Below the pieces are notes generated by a model. It was not told where the DNA came from. It ran no database searches and saw nothing but the letters and a program-made list of their open reading frames with translations. Below, piece by piece: positions 48,443 to 58,610 of a DNA stretch of 64,000 nucleotides (position 1 is the stretch's first letter; the number at the start of each line of letters is the position of its first letter). The DNA is from Bacillota bacterium. GTDB taxonomy: Bacteria > Bacillota_I > Bacilli_A > RF39 > UBA660. A program made the translations under genes and the position numbers. The stretch spans positions 10,664 to 74,663 of the forward strand of contig JAEWOE010000001.1 in assembly GCA_023460995.1 (NCBI GenBank). The letters run 5' to 3'.

Positions 48443-49258
48443 CTACACTTTATCTATTTTATTATTTTTTTCTGAATTTGAATAGAAATTATTAATAGCT
48501 TTGGCAATAAAAGTCGGCCAAAATTTTTTAAACATAATCAAGTCTTCTTTTGTCCTAATGTTATTATTAATAATTTCAGTTGTCGTAGAATCACTATGAA
48601 TTCTATGTCCCATTAAAGGTATATTTATATATATAAACTTTCCATTTAGTTTTGATAGTCTTTCCCAAGCATACCAATCAACATTACATTTAAATTCACT
48701 CGCAAAAATAGGAAACTTAATTCTATCAACATTAAATGTGACAGCTGGGCAGCAAATTGAATTACCTAGAGATATTACAAGCCTCTTGTTTAATTTTAAG
48801 CCACTAGTTTTGTTTGATTTTAAAGGACTTAGCAATGTTTTCTTTATATTTAAATTACGATTACTATATTCTTTCAAATCATTCTTTATTTCATAACTGC
48901 CAGTAAATAAAATTAATGCGTCATTATTTTTTTCATATTTCTTTACGACTTGATAACTATATTCGTAATCATATATATCATCCTGATGAGCAATAGTAAC
49001 AAGTGGTGTTTTACCACATTTTATTGCAAAATCAAAGTCATTACCTATTCCATTTTGCCCTTTGTTTTCCATTATTTCTAACGAATACTTGCTTGCTAAC
49101 TTCATAATAAATTTATTTGGAGTAGAAGTTGCCATTATAACATTCGACTTGTATTTTTGATTTAAAACTGATTTTATGCATTCTTCTAGATATTCAGATT
49201 CCTTGTATGCCAGAATCACAAATGTATGTATTATATCTTTTTGAACTTTATCTTTCAT
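48443..49258 (-). CDS. glycosyltransferase (GT2-like)
   Basis: HTFVILAYKESEYLEECIKSVLNQKY N-terminus resembles the GT2 nucleotide-binding fold. Confidence 0.5.
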   Translation of the reverse strand: MKDKVQKDIIHTFVILAYKESEYLEECIKSVLNQKYKSNVIMATSTPNKFIMKLASKYSLEIMENKGQNGIGNDFDFAIKCGKTPLVTIAHQDDIYDYEYSYQVVKKYEKNNDALILFTGSYEIKNDLKEYSNRNLNIKKTLLSPLKSNKTSGLKLNKRLVISLGNSICCPAVTFNVDRIKFPIFASEFKCNVDWYAWERLSKLNGKFIYINIPLMGHRIHSDSTTTEIINNNIRTKEDLIMFKKFWPTFIAKAINNFYSNSEKNNKIDKV

Positions 49259-50261
49259 TTTGTTTTACTTTCTTATTATTAATATAGTAATATAAAATTT
49301 GAATATATCTATGAATGTATATGTATATATTAATTGGTAATACATCATATAACTTTTTTTGAATTTTAAAAATTGTGCTTCTTTTAGGTACTATTTTTTT
49401 ATAATCATGCCACGGAGATTTATACAAATATTTATCAAACAAATCGTTTTGAGGATGACAATTTTCTAATTCCCATGGTCTTCCAGTCATTGCTCCCATA
49501 CAATGATTAATTTTAGGTTGCTTCATTCTCAATTTAATTAAATCTAATGGATGAAAAAAAGTTTTATTTAATTTATACATATTAATGCTATTTTTAGCTC
49601 CATATATATAAAAACCACTATTAAAATTATAAGTCAAGTCTAAATATGCAATATTTTTTCTAAAAAGTACATTGATTATATCTTGATCAACAATAAAATA
49701 GCTATTTCTTTTATTCTTCAAATGGTCAACTATTTTTTCTTTGCATTTGTAATCACGCCATTTTTTTTGATCAATAAGTAAAACACCACAATTATAATAT
49801 GGTTCATTTAACGGTATATCTACCATCTTCTTATAATCATTGACTATACAATCATATGTAGCAGCCATTATGTTTCCGTTAAAATTAAAATCACATAGTT
49901 CTGCTAAAGAACCATTAATTATGGTGTCACCATCAAGTTGCAAAATAATGTCGTTATTTGTTTTTATTTCATCAAAAACAAAAAGTTTAAAATATGTTGT
50001 ATATGTTCCTTTATATGGAACTAACTTTAAATCTTTTATTTTTTTAATTATAACATCTGTATCTAGAAAAAATATATCTCGTTTATAACTTTTACACATT
50101 TTTTTCATTTTCATAATATTTTCTTCTTTTATGCCATCATTTAATACAAATATATTTAAAATGTCTATATCTTTATTATTTTCAAGCAATGAAAATATAG
50201 AAACACCAGTTATTGGCGCATACGAATCATTACTTTGATAAAGAACATTTATTTTTTTCAT
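49248..50261 (-). CDS. family 8 glycosyltransferase (LPS/teichoic-type alpha-glycosyltransferase)
   Basis: GT8 motifs: …YFKLFVFDEI…, ILQLDGDTII (DxD), YYNCGVLLID. Confidence 0.7.
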   Translation of the reverse strand: MKKINVLYQSNDSYAPITGVSIFSLLENNKDIDILNIFVLNDGIKEENIMKMKKMCKSYKRDIFFLDTDVIIKKIKDLKLVPYKGTYTTYFKLFVFDEIKTNNDIILQLDGDTIINGSLAELCDFNFNGNIMAATYDCIVNDYKKMVDIPLNEPYYNCGVLLIDQKKWRDYKCKEKIVDHLKNKRNSYFIVDQDIINVLFRKNIAYLDLTYNFNSGFYIYGAKNSINMYKLNKTFFHPLDLIKLRMKQPKINHCMGAMTGRPWELENCHPQNDLFDKYLYKSPWHDYKKIVPKRSTIFKIQKKLYDVLPINIYIYIHRYIQILYYYINNKKVKQNER

Positions 50262-50272
50262 TTTTATACCTC

Positions 50273-51190
50273 CTATAATTTTCCAATCAAAAGTAAAAAC
50301 CTTATTGCAATTTCATCGAAATTAGAATCACTATATTTTTTATAATATAAAGCTTTTTTAAAATTGCTAATTAAATTTCTTGTTGCAAATAGTTGGAAAG
50401 TTTCTTTTGTTTTACTATCCATATCATTACTATATTTTTTATAAAATAACTCTACTGTTTTTTTTATGGGGCTATAATCATCATCAATGATAAATTTCTT
50501 GATTCTTAGAATCTGTCGACTTATAAACCTCTTTTCATATTTTGAAACATTTTTTTCATGTCGTCTATATTTTGCAGAACTTCTCGTATCATAAATTACT
50601 TTTCCAAATGATAAAGCAATCAGATAACACCAATAATCGTGTCCCCATATATTCAAATCTCTCAAGTCCAGATTATCAATATATTTTTTTAAATTGTAGT
50701 TGATAACAGTGTTAAAACCCAATGGGCATTGATTTGCGATAAGTGCTCTTTCTAAATGTGATGGATCATTAATATTTTTAGAGAATTCTAAAGAATTCAA
50801 ATTTTTATCACAAATAAGATAATTAGTAAAGTATAGAATTGGAATATTTTTATTTTGCAAGCTCATTTTTTCTACGGCATAGCTGATTTTATTCACATCC
50901 CAATAATCGTCCTGGTCACAAAAAGCATAATAATCTGCTATATTTGCATTTTTTAAAAGCCACAAAAAACTTTTAAAAAAACCTATGTTCTTTCCATATT
51001 CAACATGCATATTATCATTACAAGTTTGAAATTTTTTTAGTATTTTTATTGTCTCATCAGTTGAACCATCATCACGGACAAGAAGTTCAAAATTTGAATA
51101 ATCTTGGGCGAAAATACTGTTTAACTGCTCTTCAATATATTTTTCACCATTGTAACTTGATAATAAAATTATTACTTTTTTACTTTTCAC
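50273..51190 (-). CDS. family 2 glycosyltransferase (RgpB/WbbL-like rhamnosyltransferase candidate)
   Basis: VIILLSSYNGEKYIEEQLNSIFAQDY…LLVRDDGSTDET, about 305 aa. Confidence 0.65.
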   Translation of the reverse strand: MKSKKVIILLSSYNGEKYIEEQLNSIFAQDYSNFELLVRDDGSTDETIKILKKFQTCNDNMHVEYGKNIGFFKSFLWLLKNANIADYYAFCDQDDYWDVNKISYAVEKMSLQNKNIPILYFTNYLICDKNLNSLEFSKNINDPSHLERALIANQCPLGFNTVINYNLKKYIDNLDLRDLNIWGHDYWCYLIALSFGKVIYDTRSSAKYRRHEKNVSKYEKRFISRQILRIKKFIIDDDYSPIKKTVELFYKKYSNDMDSKTKETFQLFATRNLISNFKKALYYKKYSDSNFDEIAIRFLLLIGKL

Positions 51191-52409
51191 TTTTTGCCAT
51201 CTCCCTTAAAGTCAATAAATACATAAAATAGAATAAAATAAATTGAAATAGCATTAAAAAGCAGAAGCCTATAAATATTCCATTCATTCCATATTTAACT
51301 GATAATAATTGTATTATAATTGTGCCTACTAACAACACCAATAAATATAACACTAATTGAATTGCCATTTTTCTAGCAATAACTAATACATTAGAAAATA
51401 CTGCCGAAAATGAATTAAATGTGCCAGCTAAAATTAAAATAACAAAAGTCATCTTATACTTTTCGAAAGGAATTGCATAAAGTAAACTTAAGACCTTGTC
51501 ACCAATCGTAATAGCAAGTAATGAAGAAAATATACATGATATTGATAAAATAATTATAACTATTCTGATCTCTTTTTTTAATTTCTTTTTATTTTGCTGA
51601 TGATATAAATTTGTAATTGTTATTATTTTTGGTTGTAATATAAATTGACACAATAAGGATATTACTGTCGGGATCATCATCAATATTCCCAAATAACCTA
51701 ACTCTGTCAAAGAAATATTGGAAGTTAGAAATCTTGGAAGATTAAGTATAAATAAAGTCACAAAATTATACAGAAAGATATACTTTGATGTATTATAAAT
51801 ATTAAAATTAAAATCAAATCTAATCTTATTGAATTTTTTAATAATAGTTAAATCAAAAAACAGAAAAACCATAAACGTTGAAAATAAAGCAAGACATGTT
51901 GAGATAATTAAATTTCCAGTTACAACATCGGCAATTACAAAAACAGCTAAGTATGATATCGATTTTATTGTCAAAGATAAACCAACATAATCTAATCTAT
52001 CTTCTTTTTGAAATTGAGCATAAAATACATCACTAAATGTTTCAATAATACGTAATAGCATCAAATTGACCCCAACTATAAAAAATGCACTGTCATAATT
52101 GTTAATAAGAATATATATACACATTATAATCAAAGAAATTACTGAAGTCAAAATTTTTGATGAAAGATATTGATTAAATGAATACTGTTCTTTCACATCA
52201 GTAACTTGATATATTCTTGTTCCATAGTTTGAAACAATCTGTAGAATAAGACTGAATGAAAATAATTGAGAAAATAAACCCGAGCTGTCAACACCATTTT
52301 TTCTTGTAACTATCATCAATAAAAATAATGATAAAAAGGAATTAATAATTGTTCCAATAGCATTCCATATAAACTTTTTTTTACTATTGTTCATCAAATC
52401 AACTCCCAA
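51180..52409 (-). CDS. Wzx-like polysaccharide/oligosaccharide flippase (MOP superfamily)
   Basis: About 12 predicted TM helices. N-terminus KKFIWNAIGTIINSFLSLFLLMIVTR typical of Wzx/GacK-like flippases. Confidence 0.6.
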   Translation of the reverse strand: MGVDLMNNSKKKFIWNAIGTIINSFLSLFLLMIVTRKNGVDSSGLFSQLFSFSLILQIVSNYGTRIYQVTDVKEQYSFNQYLSSKILTSVISLIIMCIYILINNYDSAFFIVGVNLMLLRIIETFSDVFYAQFQKEDRLDYVGLSLTIKSISYLAVFVIADVVTGNLIISTCLALFSTFMVFLFFDLTIIKKFNKIRFDFNFNIYNTSKYIFLYNFVTLFILNLPRFLTSNISLTELGYLGILMMIPTVISLLCQFILQPKIITITNLYHQQNKKKLKKEIRIVIIILSISCIFSSLLAITIGDKVLSLLYAIPFEKYKMTFVILILAGTFNSFSAVFSNVLVIARKMAIQLVLYLLVLLVGTIIIQLLSVKYGMNGIFIGFCFLMLFQFILFYFMYLLTLREMAKSEK

Positions 52410-52500
52410 CTTTTAAAATCAATAATAAACTTTATCATATAAAGGTATTCAGTTTCATTATACCATATAATAATAAAAAAGAGCATTAAAAACGCTCTTT

Positions 52501-54306
52501 TTAAAAATTATTTGTACTAAAGAATTTATCCTTTTTAATAGAGTCTTCCCATTTTTTCATAACATATTCTTGTTCCTTTTTAAATCTTTCTACCTTCTCA
52601 GAAGTAACTTCATATCCTCTTGATTTTGATTCATGGTGATACATAGTCACATAAGATAATTGAACATTATAGTAACCCTTATCTAGCAATTTCAAATTTA
52701 GATCAACATCATTTAAAGCAACTTTTAGCTTTTCATCAAGTCCGCCTACTTCATTAAACTTTTTCCTTGAAACAAGTAAACAAGCAGCAGTTACGGCAGT
52801 ATAATTATAAGGCATGATAAGTCTACCCATCAAACCATTATCATTTTTTTCAGCAGTCACATAAATATGGCCCGCTAATCCTCCATATCCAAGAACTACA
52901 CCAGCATGTTGTACTTTATTGTCTGGATATAATAATTTAATTCCAACAGCGCCAACATGTTTTTGAGAGGCATAACCTACCATTTTATCTAGAAAATCTC
53001 CTTCAATAACTTCAGTATCATTATTTAAAAGTAAAATATAGTCTCCTTTACTTTCTTTTACTCCAATATTATTAATATGTGAATAATTAAATTCACCAGG
53101 AGCTTTTACAACTTTGAAATTACTATGTGCTTTTTTATATTCTTTAAATAAGTCTAATGTACTTTGTTCGTCACTACCATTATCAACAACAATAATTTCG
53201 AAATTTTTATAAGTACATTTGTTATATAAAGAATCGACACATACTTTTAAAACTTTACCATAATTTCTAGTAGGAATAATTATAGAAACAAGGGGATTGT
53301 CATGCTTATAATCAATTAAATAAGTACTAACATTAGGATTATGATAAACTTTACCTTCTATTTTTCTACGCTTAAGTGCATCTTCAAGTGCTTTTATAGA
53401 GGCATCCTTTGTATATTCCTTATTACCTAAATATCCAGCAGTAGATGTAGCAGACATACGCCAGTGATATAATATTTTTTCAATATGATAAATATTATTT
53501 GTTAATTCTGTTACTCTTAAAAATAAGTCATAATCTTGTGAACCATCATATTCACTTCTAAAGCCACCTACTTTATCTACTAAAGATTTTCTTATGGTAG
53601 TTAAATGGCATATATAGTTGACTGCCATAAAAGTATCTGGAGAATAATCAGGTTTAAAATGTGGTTCTAATCTTTTACCACTATAATCTAATTTATCTTC
53701 ATCTGAATAAATGAAATCTAATTTTTTATTTTTATTTAAAGCTTCTACTACAAAATACATTGCATCCTTAGATATGGTATCATCATTATCAACAAGCATA
53801 ATGAATTCACCTGTAGCAATTTCTATAGCAGAATTAGATGCTTTAGAAATCATTCCATTTTTCTTGCGATAAATCACTTTTATTCTTGAATCTTTTGTCT
53901 CATATTCCCTTAATGTTTCTTTTGTCTCTTCACTAGGTGAGTTATCATCTGCTATGCATATTTCAAAATTCGTATATGTTTGATTTAAGACAGAGTCTAA
54001 ACATTCACTTAGTAATTTCTTGCTAACATTATATACAGGTATAATAACAGATATTTTAGGATTATACTTGAACTTCTTGTGTTCAAAGTCAAACTCATTT
54101 TCTTCTACCCATTTTAAATAAGCTTTTTGATTAACAAATAAATTGGCTGTATTACCGTTATTTCTTTTTAAAACTCTAAAGAATGATTTTATATAATTCT
54201 TCATTGCTCTAGGAGGTATTAAAAAATGATGTCTATGCCATGCAAAGTAAATTGACTTTTTTACTAACCTAAATACTTTCTCAAATTTTGAAAAAACTTT
54301 TTTCAT
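52501..54306 (-). CDS. two-domain family 2 glycosyltransferase (RgpF/GacG-like)
   Basis: Two GT2 folds: VIIPVYNVSKKLLSECLDSVLNQTY…ADDNS and SIIIPTRNYGKVLKVCVDSLYNK…VVDNGSDE. Confidence 0.7.
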   Translation of the reverse strand: MKKVFSKFEKVFRLVKKSIYFAWHRHHFLIPPRAMKNYIKSFFRVLKRNNGNTANLFVNQKAYLKWVEENEFDFEHKKFKYNPKISVIIPVYNVSKKLLSECLDSVLNQTYTNFEICIADDNSPSEETKETLREYETKDSRIKVIYRKKNGMISKASNSAIEIATGEFIMLVDNDDTISKDAMYFVVEALNKNKKLDFIYSDEDKLDYSGKRLEPHFKPDYSPDTFMAVNYICHLTTIRKSLVDKVGGFRSEYDGSQDYDLFLRVTELTNNIYHIEKILYHWRMSATSTAGYLGNKEYTKDASIKALEDALKRRKIEGKVYHNPNVSTYLIDYKHDNPLVSIIIPTRNYGKVLKVCVDSLYNKCTYKNFEIIVVDNGSDEQSTLDLFKEYKKAHSNFKVVKAPGEFNYSHINNIGVKESKGDYILLLNNDTEVIEGDFLDKMVGYASQKHVGAVGIKLLYPDNKVQHAGVVLGYGGLAGHIYVTAEKNDNGLMGRLIMPYNYTAVTAACLLVSRKKFNEVGGLDEKLKVALNDVDLNLKLLDKGYYNVQLSYVTMYHHESKSRGYEVTSEKVERFKKEQEYVMKKWEDSIKKDKFFSTNNF

Positions 54307-54314
54307 TATTACAC

Positions 54315-56378
54315 CTAACTTTCAATTTTATAAATATACATACCATCTTCTTCATATAATAATTCAAATTTTATTAAATCGTTTTGATATGAACTTATAT
54401 CTTCTTGTGACACTATATAATTAGCATCTAATAACATTATATCATCAATATTTAAATTTACATTAAATTTATCATTTTCTGTTAGCTCAAAACTACTATT
54501 ATTATTTGTCAGAGTAATAGTTATGTGAGCATATCTATTATAGATATACTCGTAATTACCCTTTTGATCTAATTTGTGCCATAGTTCCAAATTTGGATAA
54601 TAGTTAACTGAATTAATAGTTTTAGCTCCATTAGCTACTAAGTAGTTTGGTACAGCAAAATGTGAATTAACAACTAGCCAACTTTTGCTAGAATCCTCTT
54701 TTACTATCTTTTGAATTTCTTTGGCAAAAGGTTTCTCAGTTAATACATCTAAGCCTTTATTAATTGGATTTACAGTACCTCCTATATATAATGATAGAAT
54801 TATAAGAATTACTGCCAAACATTTATTAGTTTTTTTATTATTAATCATTATTAATACCATTAATGGTATTAATATAATAAGTGTTGTAATAATCATCCAC
54901 ATATTTAGATAATTACTTAATATCTGATAACCAATATAAATAGTAAGTATCATAATAAATACTGATAAAATAATAGAAAAATTTATTTTTTTAAGTTTTA
55001 GTGCTTCCTTATCTTCATGCATACTTAATATTCTTATTAATAAAAGAACGCAAATAAAACCAACAACTATATTAGCTCTCTCAGGAATAGAGAATGATAT
55101 TAATGAAATTTTAGCTATTATATCTGGCAATTCTATATAATTCCATAGTGATAATAATATGGCACAAATACTAAATATTATTAAATATAAATCTTTATTC
55201 TTTTTTACAATTATGTAGTATAAAGACATTATTATTGGAACCGGATAAAAAGATAAAAAATTACTCATTTCAGATGGATTATGATAACTAATAATTGGAA
55301 AGAATATACTTGCGAAATAATCAAACAATAAGTTATATCCATATCCACCAGTAGAAAACCTTTTGCCAGGATATACAGTACTAGTAACAGTATTATATAT
55401 ATCCAATGAATTGCTAAATACAATCATGGCTATTGTAATAATAATTAAAAAAGATAGTATTAAATAAAGTAAATCGCTCCATTTTATTTTTGTCTTATTT
55501 TCAATTAATATCCATATAACAAAACAAAGAAATACATATCCATATGTTACTTGCCAAGCTGGATACAAAACAAATACATAGTTTAATCCAACTATTGCTA
55601 ACAATACTGATAAAATTAGTTTATAAACTATTTTATTGCAATTAATAAATTTATGTATAATCAAAATAGCAAGTGGCCCATAGGCTAATATAGCCAGATT
55701 ATTGCAATACCACCACATATTTGCAGCTGAAAAAGTAACTAACACCGTTCCAAGAAGAGAATAAACTTTTTTATTTTTTGTAATAATCATAAAAAGTTCA
55801 AACCATGCAAAGAAAATTACAAATAATTTTCCAAACCACATAAGAGCAAATGCATTTTCAAACGGTAATAGTAAAAATGGCAGATTAAATATGTTACAAA
55901 TAATAGAAATATCGAATGCAGGTAAAGACGGGTATAAAGTAACATTAGAACTAATCCCCATTATAGTATTATTTGTAGTAGAAAATCCATTATAGACTTG
56001 TGATAAAGCGTTTGGTGTATTTACGATCCATTCATCGCTTCTAATTCCCCTAGCCATTCCTAATACTACATCATAATTATCTGTATTTGGTTGTACAATT
56101 CTGTTCCAAAAAGCAACCGATGACCCGTTATATCCTAGAATAGTAATATATGATAAAAGAATAATACCAATAAGATAACGATTTTTGTATATAAATTCAT
56201 AAATCTTTCTTATATCAATAACAAAATGCAATGCTACAAATATGATACTAAAAGAACAAATAAATAGTAAATCATAAGAAAAACTAACAAAGCTTGTGTA
56301 TTTTATAACTAAAAAAAGAATAAAGTACATGATAATTATAGCAATTAAACTCATAATTATTTTAATTTTATTCTTCAT
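54315..56378 (-). CDS. large polytopic membrane protein (about 15 TM + C-terminal extracytoplasmic domain); candidate GT-C-fold glycosyltransferase/polymer-modifying enzyme
   Basis: 687 aa, highly hydrophobic. C-terminal soluble about 150 aa. Genomic context next to polyprenol-P-sugar pathway genes. Confidence 0.4.
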   Translation of the reverse strand: MKNKIKIIMSLIAIIIMYFILFLVIKYTSFVSFSYDLLFICSFSIIFVALHFVIDIRKIYEFIYKNRYLIGIILLSYITILGYNGSSVAFWNRIVQPNTDNYDVVLGMARGIRSDEWIVNTPNALSQVYNGFSTTNNTIMGISSNVTLYPSLPAFDISIICNIFNLPFLLLPFENAFALMWFGKLFVIFFAWFELFMIITKNKKVYSLLGTVLVTFSAANMWWYCNNLAILAYGPLAILIIHKFINCNKIVYKLILSVLLAIVGLNYVFVLYPAWQVTYGYVFLCFVIWILIENKTKIKWSDLLYLILSFLIIITIAMIVFSNSLDIYNTVTSTVYPGKRFSTGGYGYNLLFDYFASIFFPIISYHNPSEMSNFLSFYPVPIIMSLYYIIVKKNKDLYLIIFSICAILLSLWNYIELPDIIAKISLISFSIPERANIVVGFICVLLLIRILSMHEDKEALKLKKINFSIILSVFIMILTIYIGYQILSNYLNMWMIITTLIILIPLMVLIMINNKKTNKCLAVILIILSLYIGGTVNPINKGLDVLTEKPFAKEIQKIVKEDSSKSWLVVNSHFAVPNYLVANGAKTINSVNYYPNLELWHKLDQKGNYEYIYNRYAHITITLTNNNSSFELTENDKFNVNLNIDDIMLLDANYIVSQEDISSYQNDLIKFELLYEEDGMYIYKIES

Positions 56379-56390
56379 AAATCCTCCTAA

Positions 56391-57530
56391 TTATTTAAAC
56401 ACTTTTTCGTATTTATTAACTATATACTCCCAAGTATATTCATCCTTTATTCTTTTCTTAGCCAATTTACCTTTTTCTTTTCTTATCGATTTTAAATATT
56501 CCTCTTTATTTATTATTTTTGTTAAAGAGTTTTCATTATAAAAATATAAACAGCTGTTTAATCCTACTTGGTGATTGAAATTAACATCATATAATATATT
56601 AAGTTCGGTTAAACTAAGTGCTTCAAGTAAAGATGGGTTTGTACCGCCCACTGAATGTCCATGAATATATGCAAAAGCATTTTTTCTTATTGCGCTAAGT
56701 TTAACTTCATCATATATACCTGGTAATATGCATATTCTTGGGTCAGAATCCGAATTAGTTATAGATTTTAATTCTTCATAGTATTTGTTACCTTGAATAT
56801 TAGAAATAATTATAAGTTTTTTATTTGTTTTTGAATTCATAAACTCTTTTATAATTAATTCAAAATTATTTTCTGGGACACATCTACCAACTACTAAATA
56901 ATAATCATTCTTTTTTAATGAATATTCATTTAAAATAATTTTCTCATCTACATTATTCAAATCAACTACCTTAGTGCCATAAGCTATAAAAGTTTTAGGA
57001 ACTTTATTATCAGGATATTGTTCTTCTAAATAGGTTTTAATTCCTTTAGAATCACATATTATTCCGTCACAATGTTTAGTCATTGTCCTTTCAGAATATT
57101 TAAAGCAAAATTTAATGAATTTATTCCATTTTGATCTTTTCCATTCAAGACCATCTGGATTAACATACACTTTAATTTTATGTTTCTTTAAATATGGTTC
57201 AGAAAAACCTAAAACTGGTCCCAATCTCAAACCTAATATATAAATTATTGGATTTTCTATATTATTAACTCTTATATAATTTTTTACATACCTAAAAGCT
57301 GCTAATGCGTTAAGAAACATAGTTGCATTGCCTATCTTTTTTGTATATATAGGCAAGCAATTAATTTCATTTTTTTTATAGTTTTTATCTTCTTTATTAA
57401 AAGTTAATTCACTAACATATATATTTGCTTTTGATTTGTCATAAAAGTCACATAAGTTTTTAACAAAAGTCTCCCAACCACCATAATTTTTATTATAACC
57501 CTGGCTTCCAATTATAAAAATATTTTTCAT
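56391..57530 (-). CDS. DUF1972 + GT1/GT4 glycosyltransferase (RgpA/GacB-like first rhamnosyltransferase candidate)
   Basis: N-terminus MKNIFIIGSQGYNKNYGGWETFVKNL matches the DUF1972 signature as recalled. C-terminal GT1 domain (…ICILPGIYDE…HGHSVGGTNPSLLEA). Confidence 0.6.
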   Translation of the reverse strand: MKNIFIIGSQGYNKNYGGWETFVKNLCDFYDKSKANIYVSELTFNKEDKNYKKNEINCLPIYTKKIGNATMFLNALAAFRYVKNYIRVNNIENPIIYILGLRLGPVLGFSEPYLKKHKIKVYVNPDGLEWKRSKWNKFIKFCFKYSERTMTKHCDGIICDSKGIKTYLEEQYPDNKVPKTFIAYGTKVVDLNNVDEKIILNEYSLKKNDYYLVVGRCVPENNFELIIKEFMNSKTNKKLIIISNIQGNKYYEELKSITNSDSDPRICILPGIYDEVKLSAIRKNAFAYIHGHSVGGTNPSLLEALSLTELNILYDVNFNHQVGLNSCLYFYNENSLTKIINKEEYLKSIRKEKGKLAKKRIKDEYTWEYIVNKYEKVFK

Positions 57531-57534
57531 GCTG

Positions 57535-57879
57535 TCATCTCCTGCCTTGCTTTTCTTTAATTTTTTCTTTAATTATCGCAAGTTCTTGAGCAAGCTCTAT
57601 AATTTTTTCTTGTTGCTCAGAAATTATTTTGCTATTTCTAAAACAAATAAATAATAAAAAAATTATACAAAATACAAATAGTAATGATGGCGGATAGTCT
57701 ATTCCAAGAAATCCTGCAATATTATCTATTGCATAAGGCCAAATAGCTAATATAATCATTATTATTGAAGCTATTACCCACCAAAAACTTTCTTTAATTG
57801 AAAATTTCTTTTTCCTTATGACATGGAAGACATAAAAGCAAGAAAAAATAGCCAATATTACAAAATATATATTGTTCAC
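57535..57879 (-). CDS. DUF2304-like small membrane protein (GacJ-like GT2 accessory)
   Basis: 114 aa, 3-4 TM, coiled C-terminus. Overlaps the GT2 gene by 4 nt. Confidence 0.5.
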   Translation of the reverse strand: MNNIYFVILAIFSCFYVFHVIRKKKFSIKESFWWVIASIIMIILAIWPYAIDNIAGFLGIDYPPSLLFVFCIIFLLFICFRNSKIISEQQEKIIELAQELAIIKEKIKEKQGRR

Positions 57880-58610
57880 TTTTTAAGTCCCCCTCTCTTA
57901 CTACCAGTATTTTGGATAACAATGAAAGCAATTATGTAAAACATATTTATCATATACTTTATAGGTTTAATAATGCCCCCATGCATACTTTCTCCTGCTT
58001 CTCTTAAGCGCATTTTCACAGGAATTTCCTTAATTTTATAATTTGATAACAGCATTTCAATTACAAGATTTGCATCCGGAAACTCGGGATATTGTCCCAT
58101 TTTTGCATATCTTTCTATTACTTTTTTATTTAAGCATTGAAATCCAGAAAGTGGATCAGCAATTGTTTGATGGCAAAAGAATTTAATTAGATGTTCAAAT
58201 ATTTTGGTCCCTAATCTTCGAAAAAAAGGGCAAGGATAACCTGTATTAACCAAATATCGAGAACCAATAACAATATCTACATCTTCTTTTATCATAGCCC
58301 TATACAATTTTTCTGCTTCCTTTGCAATATGCTGACCATCAGCATCAAATTGTATAACATAGTCATAATTGTTTTGATATGCATATTTAATACCTGTTTG
58401 TACGGCCCAAGCATACCTCAAATTAAATATTCCTGTTATACACTTAACTCCTTCAGATTCTACAATTTCTTTAGTATTATCCTTTGAACAATCATTAATG
58501 ACTAAAATATCTGCGAATGGTGCATCCTTTTTTATTTCTTGTAAAACTTTTCTTATATTCTCAGATTCATTGTACGCAGGAATTATAAATAATACCTTTT
58601 CTTTTTTCAT
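57876..58610 (-). CDS. soluble family 2 glycosyltransferase (GacI-like polyprenol-phosphate sugar synthase)
   Basis: LFIIPAYNESENIRKVL…ILVINDCSKDNT…VIQFDADGQH, about 244 aa without TM. Confidence 0.7.
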   Translation of the reverse strand: MKKEKVLFIIPAYNESENIRKVLQEIKKDAPFADILVINDCSKDNTKEIVESEGVKCITGIFNLRYAWAVQTGIKYAYQNNYDYVIQFDADGQHIAKEAEKLYRAMIKEDVDIVIGSRYLVNTGYPCPFFRRLGTKIFEHLIKFFCHQTIADPLSGFQCLNKKVIERYAKMGQYPEFPDANLVIEMLLSNYKIKEIPVKMRLREAGESMHGGIIKPIKYMINMFYIIAFIVIQNTGSKRGGLKK

